A stretch of 64,000 nucleotides of DNA from a virus (taxonomy: Duplodnaviria; Caudoviricetes). The translations under genes and the position numbers were made by a program. The DNA lies in IMG/VR virus record IMGVR_UViG_3300005611_000002, positions 64,001 to 128,000 of that record; one strand, given 5' to 3'. The notes below the pieces were generated by a model. The model was given only the letters and a program-made list of their open reading frames with translations, was not told the DNA's origin and searched no databases. Positions 25,765 through 34,106 of this stretch are shown one piece after another; positions within the stretch are counted from its first letter, which is position 1, and each line of letters opens with the position of its first letter.

Positions 25765-26190
25765 TTGAAAATACTCATTATGGGCTTGCCTGGTTCTGGT
25801 AAGACTTGGTTGGCAGAACGTCTTCAGAAACGACTTGAATGTGCTTGGTATAACGCTGATGAAATTCGTCGTATGGCTAACGATTGGGAATTTGGTGAAG
25901 AAGCTCGAATTCGTCAAGCACGGCGCATGCGAAATCTTGCGAACTACGAAAAGGGCGAGGGTCGCACTGTAATTTGTGATTTTGTCTGTCCGACGGAGCT
26001 CACTCGATATATCTTCGAGGCTGACTATACAGTTTGGATGGATACTATCAAAGAAGGTCGCTTCGAAGACACAAACAAAATATTTGAAGCTCCTTTACAC
26101 TACAATTATCATATTTCTAAGTGGTTTGATAATACTGATGAGACTCTAGTAAACGCAATTGAAAGACACATAAGGATAAAAGATGTTTGA
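25765..26190 (+). CDS. adenylyl-sulfate (APS) kinase-like protein
   Basis: GLPGSGKT.LA, NAD.IR...DW.F..E.R.RQA, DFVCP, FE.P. Confidence 0.75.
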   Translation: MKILIMGLPGSGKTWLAERLQKRLECAWYNADEIRRMANDWEFGEEARIRQARRMRNLANYEKGEGRTVICDFVCPTELTRYIFEADYTVWMDTIKEGRFEDTNKIFEAPLHYNYHISKWFDNTDETLVNAIERHIRIKDV

Positions 26191-26593
26191 TTGGAAAAAA
26201 CCCACGGTGCAAATGCTAGGACGATGGCAGCCATGGCATGACGGACACACAGCTCTTTTCAAAAAAGCGCTTGAAACTACAGGTCAAGTTTGTATCATGA
26301 TTCGAGATGTCTATAACTTTGATGGCGACGCCGGCGCAGGACGAACCGCAAAGCAAGATGATAATCCCTTTGGTGAGATTGATGTAATCAAGAATATCGA
26401 AGAAGCACTTCGAAAAGAAGGCTACGAAAACGGACATCAGTATCTAATTCTGTGTGTACCTAATATTGTTGACATCAGTTATGGACGAGGAGTTGGTTAC
26501 ACATTTACGGAACACGATCTCGGTGAAGATATACATCAGATTAGTGCAACAAAAATTCGCGCAAAAATGAGAGAAGAAGGAAAACTTTCATGA
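26183..26593 (+). CDS. HxGH nucleotidylyltransferase
   Basis: GRWQPWHDGH, YGRGVGY, ISATKIR. Confidence 0.75.
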   Translation: MFDWKKPTVQMLGRWQPWHDGHTALFKKALETTGQVCIMIRDVYNFDGDAGAGRTAKQDDNPFGEIDVIKNIEEALRKEGYENGHQYLILCVPNIVDISYGRGVGYTFTEHDLGEDIHQISATKIRAKMREEGKLS

Positions 26594-26634
26594 ACTCGAT
26601 GGGTGACTTGAAATTTACAACAGCAGGAGACTAT

Positions 26635-26883
26635 ATGATGAATGATGAATCTTACGCAGTAACAGCAGAAGAACTTCGACAGTTTATCGAGCGATATGAA
26701 CGTCTAGAAACAGAAAAGAAGGACATCGCGGATCAGCAGAAGGAAGTGATGTCTGAAGCCAAAGGCCGCGGATATGACACAAAGGCTATCCGTAAGATTA
26801 TTGCGATGCGCAAACGTGATCGTGATGATATTGCTAACGAGGAAGCTGTAGTCGAAATGTATAAAGAAGCACTAGGTATGTAA
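26635..26883 (+). CDS. gapR: GapR / DUF2312 nucleoid-associated protein
   Basis: ELRQFIER.ERLE.EKKDIADQQKEVM.EAKGRGYDTK..RK.IA.RKRD...EE...EMYKEALGM. Confidence 0.92.
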   Translation: MMNDESYAVTAEELRQFIERYERLETEKKDIADQQKEVMSEAKGRGYDTKAIRKIIAMRKRDRDDIANEEAVVEMYKEALGM

Positions 26884-26884
26884 A

Positions 26885-27157
26885 ATGAAACAAAAAGATC
26901 TACAGATTGTATGCGAAAATATTATTGCAAGATATCCACCGCACCGAAATTTCACGTCTGCAGATGTCGCGTATGACGCAGGATACGTTTTTCCAGATTA
27001 TCAATACGCTGATGTTATATCTGGCGTCGTGAGTAAAATCAAGCAAAAGCAAACACTCGCAAAACACGGTAAAAAAATTATACTTGTTGGATATAGCCCA
27101 AAATATGGAAGGAATCAAAAGCGACCAACGAATTTGTTAAGAGTGATAGACTGTTGA
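26885..27157 (+). CDS. hypothetical protein (possible winged helix)
   Basis: last ORF of + strand block. Confidence 0.55.
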   Translation: MKQKDLQIVCENIIARYPPHRNFTSADVAYDAGYVFPDYQYADVISGVVSKIKQKQTLAKHGKKIILVGYSPKYGRNQKRPTNLLRVIDC

Positions 27158-27232
27158 TCCAGAATTGACATTCTAATCTATTGGTAGGTTACCTTATAAA
27201 GAAGTACAACGTCAACTGGTTGACTCTCAGAA

Positions 27233-27261
27233 TAAAAAAAGGCGGGCATAAAGCCCGCCTT
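27233..27261 (-). terminator. Rho-independent terminator (near-duplicate of gp23 terminator)
   Basis: minus strand AGGCGGGCTTTATGCCCGCCTTTTTTT. Confidence 0.88.
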
Positions 27262-27270
27262 AGCACTCTT

Positions 27271-28095
27271 CTAGCACTCTTCTTTCTTGTGTTTACAGTT
27301 ATCGAAATGATATCTTTGACCACCTTTCCCTTGAAACCTACAATGCGGGCACGTAAATGGCTTGCGGATTTTTGCAGACTTTTTCATATTTTCTTTATGT
27401 TCACCAGATTTGGGCACACCTTTTAGAGTTTTAGAAATGTTATTCTTAGTTTCATCTGAATGTACCCTACCTTTCATAGAAGTAGATATTTTTTCAGGAT
27501 CAGGTTTTTTCCTGTGTTTCATTTTTTCTTTATAACCAGGTCTTTGCCATATCTCCTTTCCAATCTCAGATCTTTTCTGTCTTTGTTCTTCGGTCAAATT
27601 CATTGGAACATCCTTCTTTGCTTTCGAGATAGATGCGCATTTTTTACCCTTATTCCAAGGAATATTACCTTTCTTACAAGGATTATTTTCAGACATTTCT
27701 TTACTCATTATCTTCTTTCGCTCAGCGCCCATGTCACTATCCCAAAACTGTTTCTTCAAAACAGATGCTGCTTTACCCGACAAACCAATAGCACGTTTTT
27801 TCACATTATAATATCTAATAGTTTCGTTACGTTTATTTTCTCCCAAACACAACTCTTCATCTTTGATCATGTCAAGATACTTTTGTTCTAGTGCAAATAA
27901 CTCTTTGGGATCATTACCGTAATAAAACTCAAGTATTTTCCTTCTGAAATCATGAGGTCTTTTCTTGATTGCGCTATCCATGAAACCAGTTGATGAAGTA
28001 TATCCATCATCCAATGAACCCATATGGGATCCAATACAAAACCACTTTCTTTTGCGGTCATACCAAATATATACGAAACCTGAATAAATATCCAT
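27271..28095 (-). CDS. free-standing GIY-YIG (Seg-like) homing endonuclease, NUMOD3 and CPHC
   Basis: GFVYIW...FCIGSH.G..DDGY.SS, RYYN, PWNKGK, HSDETKNNIS, CPHC..YHFDNCK. Confidence 0.85.
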   Translation of the reverse strand: MDIYSGFVYIWYDRKRKWFCIGSHMGSLDDGYTSSTGFMDSAIKKRPHDFRRKILEFYYGNDPKELFALEQKYLDMIKDEELCLGENKRNETIRYYNVKKRAIGLSGKAASVLKKQFWDSDMGAERKKIMSKEMSENNPCKKGNIPWNKGKKCASISKAKKDVPMNLTEEQRQKRSEIGKEIWQRPGYKEKMKHRKKPDPEKISTSMKGRVHSDETKNNISKTLKGVPKSGEHKENMKKSAKIRKPFTCPHCRFQGKGGQRYHFDNCKHKKEEC

Positions 28096-28175
28096 TGCTG
28101 GAACTCCTTTCTGTAAATGTTTAGTTCTAGAGTAGGTGGGACTGGTACTCCGCGACCTACATTTTTATTTATTAG
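28080..28175. ncRNA. conserved structured endonuclease-leader element, copy 3
   Basis: AATAAATA(28083)..GCTGGAACT..AGTTCTAGAGTAGGTGGGACTGGTACTCCGCGACCTACATTTT TATTTATT(28166). Confidence 0.75.
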
Positions 28176-28233
28176 AATAAGTTTGGTACACAGACAAAAA
28201 TGTAATCTTTTTGATAATATTTTGCCGGGGCAA

Positions 28234-28262
28234 TAAAAAAGGCGGGTCCGAAGACCCGCCTT
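28234..28262 (-). terminator. gp23 terminator (UUCG loop)
   Basis: minus strand AGGCGGGTC-TTCG-GACCCGCC-TTTTTT. Confidence 0.92.
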
Positions 28263-28300
28263 AGTTTGATCTGGTTGATTCCAGATTCTTTTATTCTAAA

Positions 28301-29638
28301 TCAAAACAGATTTGCAACTTTTACTCTTCTGTAGTACACGTTGGTGTTTGTTTCCAGACGACCCAGAGCAGTTGCAACACCAGTGATGCCGCCTTCTGCG
28401 AATGGGTTAGCAACCATGCCATAACGAGTCTTGAACCCGATTTTAGGCTGGAAGCTGTTTTCACCAACTGCACGGTACATCTGTAGCGGTACATATGGGC
28501 AGTAGAAGAGGCCTGCGTCGAATGCGCTGGAACCCTTGTAACCAACTACGAGATAGTTGCTACCTGCATATGGATCGATGTAAACTCTGTAGCGACCGTT
28601 GAGAACACCAGCGAAGGTATTACCTGTATCGTCTACGTTCAGTGCGTTGCTGTTCAGTGCTGGAGTATAATCCAGGACACCTGCCATCTGAAGAGCGGAT
28701 GCAACATCGGAAGAACAGATAACGATGTTACCCTTACCTCTACGAGTCGCTTTTGCGATCGCGTTGGCTTCTTGCTCGATCTGGAACATCAGACCCTTGA
28801 ACTTCTCAACCGACCAACGACCATTTGCGTCAACATCTAGGTCGAAAGTACCAGCTGCAGCAGTATTAGCAGCACCAGTTACAGCAGTTGAGTAGATGGT
28901 ACGAACAAGCTCGCGGTTGATTTCTACAAGAATTTCAGACTGTAGAATGTTTGCAAGCTCAGTTTCAGCATCTAGACCATGAACAGCACGTAGGTCTTGT
29001 GCAAGTTCAGTGGTGTATTCTGCTTTCAGTGCGCGGCTCTTTGCAGATACAGTTACTTTCTCGATTGAGAATGCCATTTCTGCGAAAGTGTTTGCGCCAT
29101 CAGCACCAAGAGATTCTGCAACACCAGTTGTCATACCTGTACCAGTGCTAAACTGTGAAGTATTAGCAATATCGGTTGGCATCATTGAACCGGTATGTGT
29201 ACCTGTACCAGAGAAGTCGGTATCAGCTTCATTGTAGAATGCTTCAGTACCAGTTTGTGATTCGTAACGTGAACGCATTGCAAAAATCAGACCGGTTGGA
29301 CCAGTCATTGGCTGAACACCTGCAATGTCATATGCCATCAGGTTTGGCATCGCGCGACGTACGAGGCTGATCAGAACTGGATCGTAACCAGCAACTGGAC
29401 CACCAGCAGCTGCAGAAGTACTGAAACCACCGGTTCCTGCTGCGTTAGTTGGTGTCTCCATGAGAAGTGAGCTCATTGAGATTGACTGATCGCCAGACTC
29501 CATGAGTGCTTTCTCGGTGTTTTCAAGAATCGTAGCAGTAACTGCTCGTCTATGCTGATCCTTGATTGGCTCGAAAGTAGAGTGCTCAAGTACTGGACCC
29601 CACTTTTCCACCAGAGCTTGATAGTTTGACTGTGTCAT
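28301..29638 (-). CDS. 23: major capsid protein
   Basis: DPVLISLVRR, GVQPMTGPTGLIFAMRSRY, AKSRALKAEY, FYCPYVPL, FQPKIGFKTRYG; TATAAATA at 29676-29683. Confidence 0.98.
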   Translation of the reverse strand: MTQSNYQALVEKWGPVLEHSTFEPIKDQHRRAVTATILENTEKALMESGDQSISMSSLLMETPTNAAGTGGFSTSAAAGGPVAGYDPVLISLVRRAMPNLMAYDIAGVQPMTGPTGLIFAMRSRYESQTGTEAFYNEADTDFSGTGTHTGSMMPTDIANTSQFSTGTGMTTGVAESLGADGANTFAEMAFSIEKVTVSAKSRALKAEYTTELAQDLRAVHGLDAETELANILQSEILVEINRELVRTIYSTAVTGAANTAAAGTFDLDVDANGRWSVEKFKGLMFQIEQEANAIAKATRRGKGNIVICSSDVASALQMAGVLDYTPALNSNALNVDDTGNTFAGVLNGRYRVYIDPYAGSNYLVVGYKGSSAFDAGLFYCPYVPLQMYRAVGENSFQPKIGFKTRYGMVANPFAEGGITGVATALGRLETNTNVYYRRVKVANLF

Positions 29639-29699
29639 AATTTCTATCTCCTTATGGTTATTGTTATTCTGGATATATTTATAAAACTATATTTTTCAC

Positions 29700-30653
29700 T
29701 TACTTGGAGTTGCGTGCGTTGAGCGCTTCAACTAAAGCATTGACGGTGGAGTACTGGGAAACTGGTTTCTTTTCTTCCTCTTCAGTGATGATTTCATCTT
29801 CATCATCAGATACATTCTCTGTTAGGGCCTTACCTTTTTTGAAGAATGATTCCTTGAGAGTCTCAAGATTTGAAGAATAAGCTTCAAGGTCACTTACGTC
29901 AAGGTTCTCAGAAAGTGTTCTCAGTCTTTCGCGTTGAGAAACTGTAAGACCTTCGGTCATTTCTTCAAATACTTTTTCTGCTTCGAGACTAAGAACTACT
30001 TGTGAAAGCTCAATGTTCTCGTTAATCGTTTTGTTGACTTGAGCTTGCAGTTCTTCGATCTGCTCTTCAAGACCTGCAACGACGTCGATTGTTTCTTCGT
30101 CTACGTCGATGTTATGCTCAGTGAAGAGTTCTTTGAGACCTTCCATGAGAGACTCAGCCATTTCAACCTTGATACCGGTTTCTACAGCAAGTTCATTTTC
30201 TTCCATCCATTCGCCAACAACGTAGTCAAGATATGAATCAAGATTTTCTACGATCTCGTCCATTGTTTCTTCAATGGATTCTTCAAGCTGTTTTTCGAAC
30301 TCTTCTTCAAGTTCAGCAGCGATTGCCTCGGCTTTTGCAGTTGCTGCTTCATTGACTGCAGCTTCGAAAACCATAGTAACCTTTGACTTGAAGTCTTCGG
30401 AAAGATCCATACCTTCAAACATAGAAGCGATAGACTCATCAATGGAAATAACTTCCTCTTCAACAACTTCTACTTCTTCTGTTTTGGTTTGACCTGGTAC
30501 TTCGCTAGCTGAAACTTCATCAGCCTTAGGATCAGCTTTTTTATTCAGATCTGCTCTTTTCTTTTTGTGTTCTCCGCCCGCTGGTGTCACAGAGTCAGGC
30601 ACTGTAGAAACACCGTCGTCAGCAACGAACTTTTCTTCTAGATCATTTGCCAT
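29700..30653 (-). CDS. 22: prohead core scaffold protein
   Basis: acidic; FEAAV, LDSYLDYVV.EWM.EN; position; TATAAATA at 30692-30699. Confidence 0.92.
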   Translation of the reverse strand: MANDLEEKFVADDGVSTVPDSVTPAGGEHKKKRADLNKKADPKADEVSASEVPGQTKTEEVEVVEEEVISIDESIASMFEGMDLSEDFKSKVTMVFEAAVNEAATAKAEAIAAELEEEFEKQLEESIEETMDEIVENLDSYLDYVVGEWMEENELAVETGIKVEMAESLMEGLKELFTEHNIDVDEETIDVVAGLEEQIEELQAQVNKTINENIELSQVVLSLEAEKVFEEMTEGLTVSQRERLRTLSENLDVSDLEAYSSNLETLKESFFKKGKALTENVSDDEDEIITEEEEKKPVSQYSTVNALVEALNARNSK

Positions 30654-30703
30654 GTGTTCTTCTCCTTTATTGTGGATTTCATATTATGGTTTATTTATAA
30701 AAA

Positions 30704-31381
30704 TCATTTCCTGAGTGACTCGATGAAGATCTCGAACATTCTTGCCGCAGTGCTTTCATCAATCTTACGAACTGTTCGCTTATATTCTCTTTTCACTTCT
30801 TGAACTGCTTCTTCGATAAACTCTTGCGCTCTCCAAGTACCAGACGTGATGTCATAATAGTACTCGGTATTTTCCATGATGCCATTGACAAAGCAGTTTG
30901 GACCGCTTGGATCTGTTACTACGTCAACAGTCGCTAGATGAAAGTCATCTTGAACTTCCATGATACCTTCTTTGGTCTGTTTGACCGAGCCGAGACCACG
31001 AGTAGAAACACCAACTTTTACACCTTCATCGATGAATGTCTTGACGATCTCACCCATTGGTGTACCAAGGATTTTTGCTTTACCGATGAAATTAGAACCA
31101 TCACGCTTCATTTCAGTAATTAGGTGAGAAACACGATCACCATTGATCTGAGGACCATCAGGATGTCCAAGTTCACCCAGGGCACGCTTCGTCTGAATAA
31201 AGTCTTTGTTATAGCGATTCATTTCTTTTTCAAGAACTGCGGAAGGATAGATACGACCATTACGGTTCTTGAGATCTCCTTGCATAAAGATCCCATGAAT
31301 AAAATAATTTTTCTTACCATTTTCACTTGCTTCAGTAAGAACTTCACAATCTTCTTCAAAAACTTCAGTTATTAATTTCAT
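30704..31381 (-). CDS. 21: prohead protease (start 31381, MKLITE)
   Basis: KNRNGRIYP, ALGELGHP, GVSTRGLGS, D.V.DPS. Confidence 0.95.
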   Translation of the reverse strand: MKLITEVFEEDCEVLTEASENGKKNYFIHGIFMQGDLKNRNGRIYPSAVLEKEMNRYNKDFIQTKRALGELGHPDGPQINGDRVSHLITEMKRDGSNFIGKAKILGTPMGEIVKTFIDEGVKVGVSTRGLGSVKQTKEGIMEVQDDFHLATVDVVTDPSGPNCFVNGIMENTEYYYDITSGTWRAQEFIEEAVQEVKREYKRTVRKIDESTAARMFEIFIESLRK

Positions 31382-32189
31382 TTTTATGACCTTTCCTTTT
31401 TGTGAGCATACCCTTTTTCCATCCATTATTAATATACTCATCCAGGAGATGCATTTTTATTTTTGTATTTTTTCCGTCCTTATTTACAAAAACGGTGCCT
31501 CTACTAGCTGCTCCCAATTTAGACTTTTCTTCTTCGCTTTTAATTCTTCCTTTTTGTACTTTCGAAATTTTTTCAGCAAAGCCGCCAGGTTTTTTCTTAC
31601 CTTTATTTGCGACAGATATTTTATTGGAAATTTCTTTTTTCTTTTCTTCGCTTAAATTTTCTCTGTACAAAATATTAGATTTTCTATTCTTTTCTATAGA
31701 ATTAACTGAATGTTTTCTTCCTGCATTAATTTCGCCTTGTTTTTTACTTTTCATTCTTTTTAATCTAATAGCAGTTTTTTCTCCATAAATTTCTTCGTAT
31801 GTTTTACCTTTTCTTTTGAAAGATAATGCTTTTGCAAAAGCTCGTCTACATTCATCATACTCTCTTGAAGATAGAAATCTTTTTTTACTTCGAACCATAG
31901 CGCCGAAAGCAGAAATCATTTTATAATATGCATTGGTATTTTCATCGACTATTTTTATAAGCAGTTTATGGGCTATAAAGTGTTCTCTGGCTGTCAATTT
32001 TGCGGCATTCCATTCGCTCACGCTTAAATTTTTATATTGCGGAAAAATGCATTTTGGTAAAATGTGATGCACTTCGCAATAACCGGATAAATCCTTTCTG
32101 TTTATAGAGCGCTCAATCAAAGATATATAAATTTTGGTATATTTATTATCTTTAAATAACGGATCATTTTTTAGTATATTTTTATACAT
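31365..32189 (-). CDS. free-standing HNH (Mob-like) homing endonuclease
   Basis: E.HHILP.C, LTAREHFIAH.LL, GKTYEEIYG, NUMOD3-like repeats, GW.KG. Confidence 0.85.
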   Translation of the reverse strand: MYKNILKNDPLFKDNKYTKIYISLIERSINRKDLSGYCEVHHILPKCIFPQYKNLSVSEWNAAKLTAREHFIAHKLLIKIVDENTNAYYKMISAFGAMVRSKKRFLSSREYDECRRAFAKALSFKRKGKTYEEIYGEKTAIRLKRMKSKKQGEINAGRKHSVNSIEKNRKSNILYRENLSEEKKKEISNKISVANKGKKKPGGFAEKISKVQKGRIKSEEEKSKLGAASRGTVFVNKDGKNTKIKMHLLDEYINNGWKKGMLTKRKGHKNEINN

Positions 32190-32201
32190 GGATTTATAAA
32201 C

Positions 32202-32279
32202 TCAGTTTTTCTTGCCGTTTTCACTGGCTTCGGTAAGAACTTCGCAGTCCTCGTTGAATACTTCTGTAATCAGTTTCAT
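32202..32279 (-). pseudogene. orphan 25-codon duplicate of the gp21 5' end
   Basis: MKLITEVFNEDCEVLTEASENGKKN* with AAGGA SD vs gp21 MKLITEVFEEDCEVLTEASENGKKNYF. Confidence 0.9.
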
Positions 32280-32313
32280 TTGGTAGTTTCCTTTTTGTTT
32301 CTATTTATCATTT

Positions 32314-32559
32314 TTATGATTTGTATGAAACTGGAGTGCATAGGATATTATTATCGCCAGAAATAGAGTGCGTCTTGATCTTTTCTACAATCTCAACTGT
32401 ATTTTCTGGCATCGTAAATGTTCCGATAACAGTATTTGCACCCACGTCTTCGACGGTCACTACAGTATTCGCAGAAGCATATACTCGAACTAGCGCAGAA
32501 TCATATACAGTGTTCGCAGTTGAAACTGTAATCTCGGTATTGATTGGTTTAATAATCAT
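32314..32559 (-). CDS. small head-region protein
   Basis: ORF in late operon. Confidence 0.7.
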   Translation of the reverse strand: MIIKPINTEITVSTANTVYDSALVRVYASANTVVTVEDVGANTVIGTFTMPENTVEIVEKIKTHSISGDNNILCTPVSYKS

Positions 32560-34106
32560 AGTGCCTCCCTTGCAAAACCTACGATCTCTTCATAGCCTGC
32601 TTTATCAGCCATCATTGTATCTTGCATTTTCTTACGGTTTGTTTTATTGAGATCATTAAACATCTGATTTAGAAGTTCGGCATCCTTTTTTGATACAGTG
32701 ATAGAAGAACCATCATCAAGCTTCATACGACCTGGTTTTACCGCTTCTTGTAGTGATTCACTCATTTTTTCTTGACCGTATTCGTCACGCTGTACAGGTC
32801 TAGTTGTTGTCATGCGTGTACGAGTTACTCCACGTGCATCTGTATACTTGACTGGACGCTTTATTGCAGAACGTGTGACTTCATCAAGTTCAACTTCTTC
32901 ACCTAAGACGTCAATCTGGTGAGCTTTTCTAGCAATCGCTCCGGCTGCTCTTTCTGCATTCTTTTTACTTAGACCCTTTTTCATAAGAATTTTACGATGA
33001 TCATACTCCGACGCGCCGCGAGCTTCTGAATCTGTAAATCCTGATTTTTTGTCCTTCTTGTACTTCTGTATAGCTTTGCGCATAAGATTTTTATCTTTTA
33101 ATACGTTTTCATCGAGCTCAGCTTCTTCGCCATACATACTCATATTCATACGGCGATCGCCTTCAACATATCCGTGAAGGGTCATCATCTGTCCGTGTAC
33201 GTGAGCAAGTTTGTTCTGGAACCACTCTTCTGGATCTACACACATATCATCACAGTCATTGAGATAAGACATGATTTCCTGCGCAGCATACATAATAAAC
33301 TGCAGTTGACGGCTCATCATTGGAATTTCTTCCCATGCGTCTTCTGCCATATTTGCTTTATCGGCAAGACGACCTGAAGCAGAAGTAATACCAGCAAGTC
33401 TTTTATTCGCTTTCTTTCTGTTCTTGTCTCCATCAGCGTAGTTACCACGCTTATCGTCGTAACCGGACATTCTAGATCTCTTTGCTAGATCCTTACCTGC
33501 GCCTTTGATATAGGAGTGCAGAGTGTTTGGTGAAAGCTCGTCAAGTTGTTCAACTTCTTCTTTACGAAACTTACGAGCTACACTCCTATCAGCCATCTTC
33601 AAACCTTTTGCGCGCTTGTCCATAGTCTTTGTTTCTTTTGAGATGTCTGCAGACTGAGGACCATTCTTACTACGTAGCATTTTATCAATTGCTGAATTTG
33701 ATGCGCGTTCTTTACTACGGTTAGCTTTTGCTTTATAGCTTTTCATTGCCCGTGGTGTATCAAGAACTTCGTCAAGCTCGGCTTCCTCTTTCACCTTCTT
33801 TTTCATTGCTTTACTAATTGCTTTGCGACGTGCATGTAGATACTTATCTGAAGAATCTACATCACCATCATTATCAATGTCGTCGTCCTCTTTACCTACA
33901 GGATCCATTGCTTCATATACGTCTTCGTCATTGCCTTTTTCATAATCAGCACGACGCTTCGGCATTTTCTTTGTGGATCCTTTGAATGTTTCATCGCCTG
34001 CATGACTATGTGGAAACTTTTCAATCTCGTGTTTTGCCTTGAAATGAATCTCATCTCCGGCCTTTGGTTGTGCAACCTCGGAAAGAAGTTTACTGAAGGT
34101 CTTCAT
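32556..34106 (-). CDS. prohead core / internal protein with repeated EE.ELDE linkers
   Basis: MKTFSK..SE start, position after portal, DPVGKEDDDIDNDGDVD.SD.YL..RRKAI motif. Confidence 0.75.
   Translation of the reverse strand: MKTFSKLLSEVAQPKAGDEIHFKAKHEIEKFPHSHAGDETFKGSTKKMPKRRADYEKGNDEDVYEAMDPVGKEDDDIDNDGDVDSSDKYLHARRKAISKAMKKKVKEEAELDEVLDTPRAMKSYKAKANRSKERASNSAIDKMLRSKNGPQSADISKETKTMDKRAKGLKMADRSVARKFRKEEVEQLDELSPNTLHSYIKGAGKDLAKRSRMSGYDDKRGNYADGDKNRKKANKRLAGITSASGRLADKANMAEDAWEEIPMMSRQLQFIMYAAQEIMSYLNDCDDMCVDPEEWFQNKLAHVHGQMMTLHGYVEGDRRMNMSMYGEEAELDENVLKDKNLMRKAIQKYKKDKKSGFTDSEARGASEYDHRKILMKKGLSKKNAERAAGAIARKAHQIDVLGEEVELDEVTRSAIKRPVKYTDARGVTRTRMTTTRPVQRDEYGQEKMSESLQEAVKPGRMKLDDGSSITVSKKDAELLNQMFNDLNKTNRKKMQDTMMADKAGYEEIVGFAREAL

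Noticed and set aside
27165-27195. TTGACA as a promoter antisense to the endonuclease
   Set aside because: No acceptable -10 at 16-18 nt spacing.
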